Source: Parasitella parasitica NRRL 2501 (Eukaryota; Fungi; Mucoromycota). Taken from it: 64,000 nt of DNA. The translations under genes and the position numbers were made by a program. This document shows positions 60,601 through 64,000 of this stretch, piece by piece. Each line of letters starts with the position of its first letter. Position 1 is the stretch's first letter. The stretch spans positions 1 to 64,000 of the forward strand of contig MU619312.1 in assembly GCA_025201805.1 (NCBI GenBank), written 5' to 3'. A model generated the notes under the pieces. It did not search any database, had not been told where the DNA came from, and was given only the letters and a program-made list of their open reading frames with translations.

Positions 60601-60846
60601 GAATTATGGCATGATGACTTTGATAAACTAAATGATATGACACCTGAAGAGGAAAAAACTGTTGACTTGAATCAAAACGAGGCAAATTTGAAACGAGAAA
60701 GAGGCGCAGAAAATCAAATTTACTGGCAGACTTATGCGGCTGGCACTGTTGAAGTCATTAACGAGCAGGAGGCCATGGGGGAATTAGTGGCCAAATTAAT
60801 GGGTCAACACGTCTTCAAAGCTGCTACCAAAGATTGGATTGCATAA
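57604..60846 (+). CDS. Aromatic-acid-exporter/FUSC-like (ArAE_2) membrane protein, 3 exons
   Basis: N-terminal TM block ending LTNLLIWPETA, EAKYE motif, second TM block YAIKFAV..RGQWALLS..TVGST..RVLATIIGA..LLWPVWAR. Confidence 0.85.
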
Positions 60847-61909
60847 GACTCCAAACGTCACTCGTCCTTCTATAAATACCATGATAATACCTAATCTCAT
60901 TTTCTACCTTTATCCTTAATAAATTCAAAGTAGAATGCATCATCAGCAAACGCAGTAAAGTCCCCCCCCCAGGAAGCAATATCTTTGTTTTAAGTCAATC
61001 CATCCAAATCTTAACAGCAGTGTGAAATGCATTCACTATGATGATCCGCATTTCACTTCTCGATTCATCCAGTTACTTTAAAATGATATAGACTACATAT
61101 GCGCACAGATGATAAGATGTACAATACAGATTTATACTATATAACATATAGGCTGGAGATGACACAATTAGGATACTTATATCTCGACACGAGCCTCAGG
61201 CATTTACTAGATCTAGTATGTGCTACGAGCTTATGCTATATAAGATCAATGCTTCAGATGCGTATTCCCAGTTTCTAGATACGCATTTCAAGACATATAC
61301 TAATATCCATAATACTAGCTACAGATACATTATGTACTACAGACTTGTACAATATGTGTAATGCTATAGATATGCTTATGACATGCTATAGACATGCTAC
61401 ATATACAGATATATGCTAAGATGAATACCAAGTGATATACACTCAGAGACGTACTATTAATAAAGACTGGATAAGACTATGAGCTTATGGATCGAATATT
61501 AATAATCTTCGTATAGAAGATTGATCAGGGTACCTCGAGTAAAGTCTATCTCCTCACTTAAATAGATTTAAGTTATCTATAGTCTGCTGATATGTTGGTT
61601 AGCACAAAGTTAAGATGCTAGCTACGCAGTTTTGTCGTACATGTCAAATTGCGAAAGTAGAACATTTATCCATAGCTTAAGTCTATAAAAGTTCATCTAC
61701 CTGGCCAATAGATGAACTGTCGATTTGATAATACAACCTACACCTTTATCAAGTTGACATTTATTGTTTTTTTATCTAATTTTTTTCCGTGAATCTATAT
61801 AACATCTTATGCCGATTCCACACACTAAAGTTCATTTGATCCAGATGACTAAAATAATTATATGGATAGAGGAATCATGTACCAAGAGAGTTGATATTTG
61901 AATGGGAAC

Positions 61910-61910
<1 letters not shown>

Positions 61911-61941
<31 letters not shown>
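61911..61941. repeat. Poly-A tract of about 31 nt
   Basis: Direct. Confidence 0.9.
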
Positions 61942-61943
<2 letters not shown>

Positions 61944-62509
61944 TGAGAGATGTACGAAATTTAAGCATATTTTAGGATAATACAAAATAATGTATCTTGA
62001 CTGAAGGTAGCGTCTTTATTATTTACGAGCTGTGTACCCCTCGTTATTTATTATTGCACAGAGTTAAAAAACATTGTAAATAGACTTTTATATTATTACA
62101 CATCCAAGTTACTTTGCTAAAACCACGCCTTGCTTTTTAACTGAAAATAGGCGATCATTAGCAAAGCTACAAATATTTTATGATTTTGGCACATTTGTCT
62201 TCATCCGCCACAATAATTGAACACATGCTATATCCATCTACTTTTGTGAACTTGCTTCGTTATCGGTATTAATATTGTCATCGTCCACAGTAAAGTTATA
62301 TTTGAATCAAAAATATTTTATTTTTAAGGATTATACAAGTAGAGCATCTTTTTTTTCTTTTTCGTTTTTTGTACAAGGGAAGAAAGAATAAAAAGACCAG
62401 TATCGATTCTATTTCTATTTCTTTCTTTACATGATGGGTTGTGCTATCTGGTTTTTTTTTGGGTGCATTGCAATATTAGTGGGAAGAACTTGGTAAATTT
62501 GAAATGAAA

Positions 62510-64000
62510 TTATTGTTGCTTGGGTTGAACGTTGACGCGAGCGTTGACACGACGAGGATCCAAAGTTTCAGGGTCCAATGAAGGCAAGAGGTAAGAGATA
62601 TCATCCCAAGGATGTCTGTAAAGACCTTGCTTCAAACGCTTTTGATCCAAATGATGGCCAATGAAACCAAGAGAACGACCAAGAACAAAGAGACCATTCA
62701 AGGTACCAATGCGCATGTATTCTTCAGCTTCATCATGGGTGAAAGCACCTGATTCACGCAAGAGATCAACGAAAGAGACAGCAATACAACCATCGACATT
62801 CAAGATCAAGTTATCCTTCTTACTGGTGGTGATTTCCTCAACCTTCAAGGCATAATCAAGGATAGGAGTGTGAGGGAAGTTCTTCTTGACATAATCTTTA
62901 ACCAATTCAACACGCATATCAGGATTAGTACGAGACTTAATCTTGTGGCCAATACCAGGAATCAGCTTGTTGGCCTTACGCATGGATGTGACAAATTCAC
63001 GAGGAGTCATGCCACTATCGTAAGCCTTGGTGAAGTTACCAGCAGCGCCATCGAGAGCTCCACCGAAGCGTTCACCAATGGTAAGAAGACCAGAAACAAG
63101 AGATGAAATCAAATCTTTACCGGCACGAGTAGTGATGATAGTGTTCATGGCCTACATAAAAGTAACACATTAAACCACTGAAAAATGCTCCCCATTCGAA
63201 TAATATACTTACACCAGAGACAGCAGGTCCGTGATCGGCAGTCAACATCAAGACCATTTCAATAAACTTACAGGCATAGTCGGGAAGTCTACGCTTAAAC
63301 CATAAAAGAGAAAGAACTCCACCAATTCCAACGTCCTCCTTGAACACATCTGTGATCCTCATACCAGCATACAACAATTCTTGGCCTCTGTCATCGACAA
63401 TAGTAGAAACGAAGCTAGCTGGCTTACGAACCAAACCAAGTTCTTGAGCCCAAGAGTAGTCAATGGGGATCTTGGGGATCTCAGGTTCAGTTCTGGGATG
63501 AATGGTACCTTCCTTGACAAGCTTGGTATAGGTTTCAGCAAGAGCCAAAGGCATTTTCTCAAAGGTTTCAGGAACGATGATACCAGCAGCACGCATAGCC
63601 TTGTTCTTAGCGTCAGCAGTTTCTAAATCAGAGTTTGCCATAGAACCAGCATGACCGAATTGAACATCAGTAGTGAACATCTTGGCACAAGTGCCGATAC
63701 ACCAGGCAACAATGGGCTTCTTGATGGTGCCATTTTGAACAGCTTCAATAACACGGTATTCTTCAATACCACCAACTTCACCAAGCAAGACGAGCATCTT
63801 GCAGTTGGGGTCTTCCTCGTAACGCAGTAAATGGTCGATAAAAGTAGAACCAGGATAACGATCACCACCAATGGCAACGCCCTCATATACACCGTCAGTA
63901 GTACGGGAAACAATGTTGTTCAGCTCGTTAGACATACCACCAGACTTGGAGACATAGCCAATAGAACCAGCTCTGTAAAGCTTGGACGAAACAATGTTAT
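62510..64000 (-). CDS. ACL1: ATP-citrate lyase, C-terminal part (gene continues beyond the window)
   Basis: [31 protein letters not shown] (phospho-His), [38 protein letters not shown]; intron about 63152-63211; strong codon bias. Confidence 0.97.

Overview
Eukaryotic, intron-rich, AT-rich fungal DNA from a draft assembly with three N-gaps. Short GT-AG introns, codon usage and gene content point to a Mucorales fungus (Mucor/Parasitella-like; inferred, not database-checked). I can support about 20 protein-coding genes: glyoxalase I, a PX-PB1 protein, a secreted Ser/Thr-rich protein with a Lys-rich tail, a very large Vps10/Pep1 receptor with three Vps10 modules, a kelch single-pass membrane protein, a CitT/DiT-type DASS transporter, Rim15 kinase, an Inn1/Fic1-like C2 protein, an orphan multi-pass membrane protein, an Mms22/Mus7-like protein, Dus4, Cfd1, a PFK-2-like protein, a DUF202 protein, Tvp18, Cbf1, an ArAE/FUSC transporter, the 3' part of ATP-citrate lyase and two hypothetical proteins. 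A decayed Helitron with a terminal foldback and some other decayed segments lie between genes. There is no prokaryote-style operon, CRISPR array or convincing multi-gene novel system. The most unusual signals are at single-gene level: the triple Vps10 ectodomain; Rim15 with an intact Asp receiver, a Q37 tract and an in-frame GC-AG intron in its HRD motif; a Cys4 insert in the DASS transporter; and DUS4/CFD1 stop codons 1 nt apart. Exon boundaries were read by eye and may be off by a few nt.
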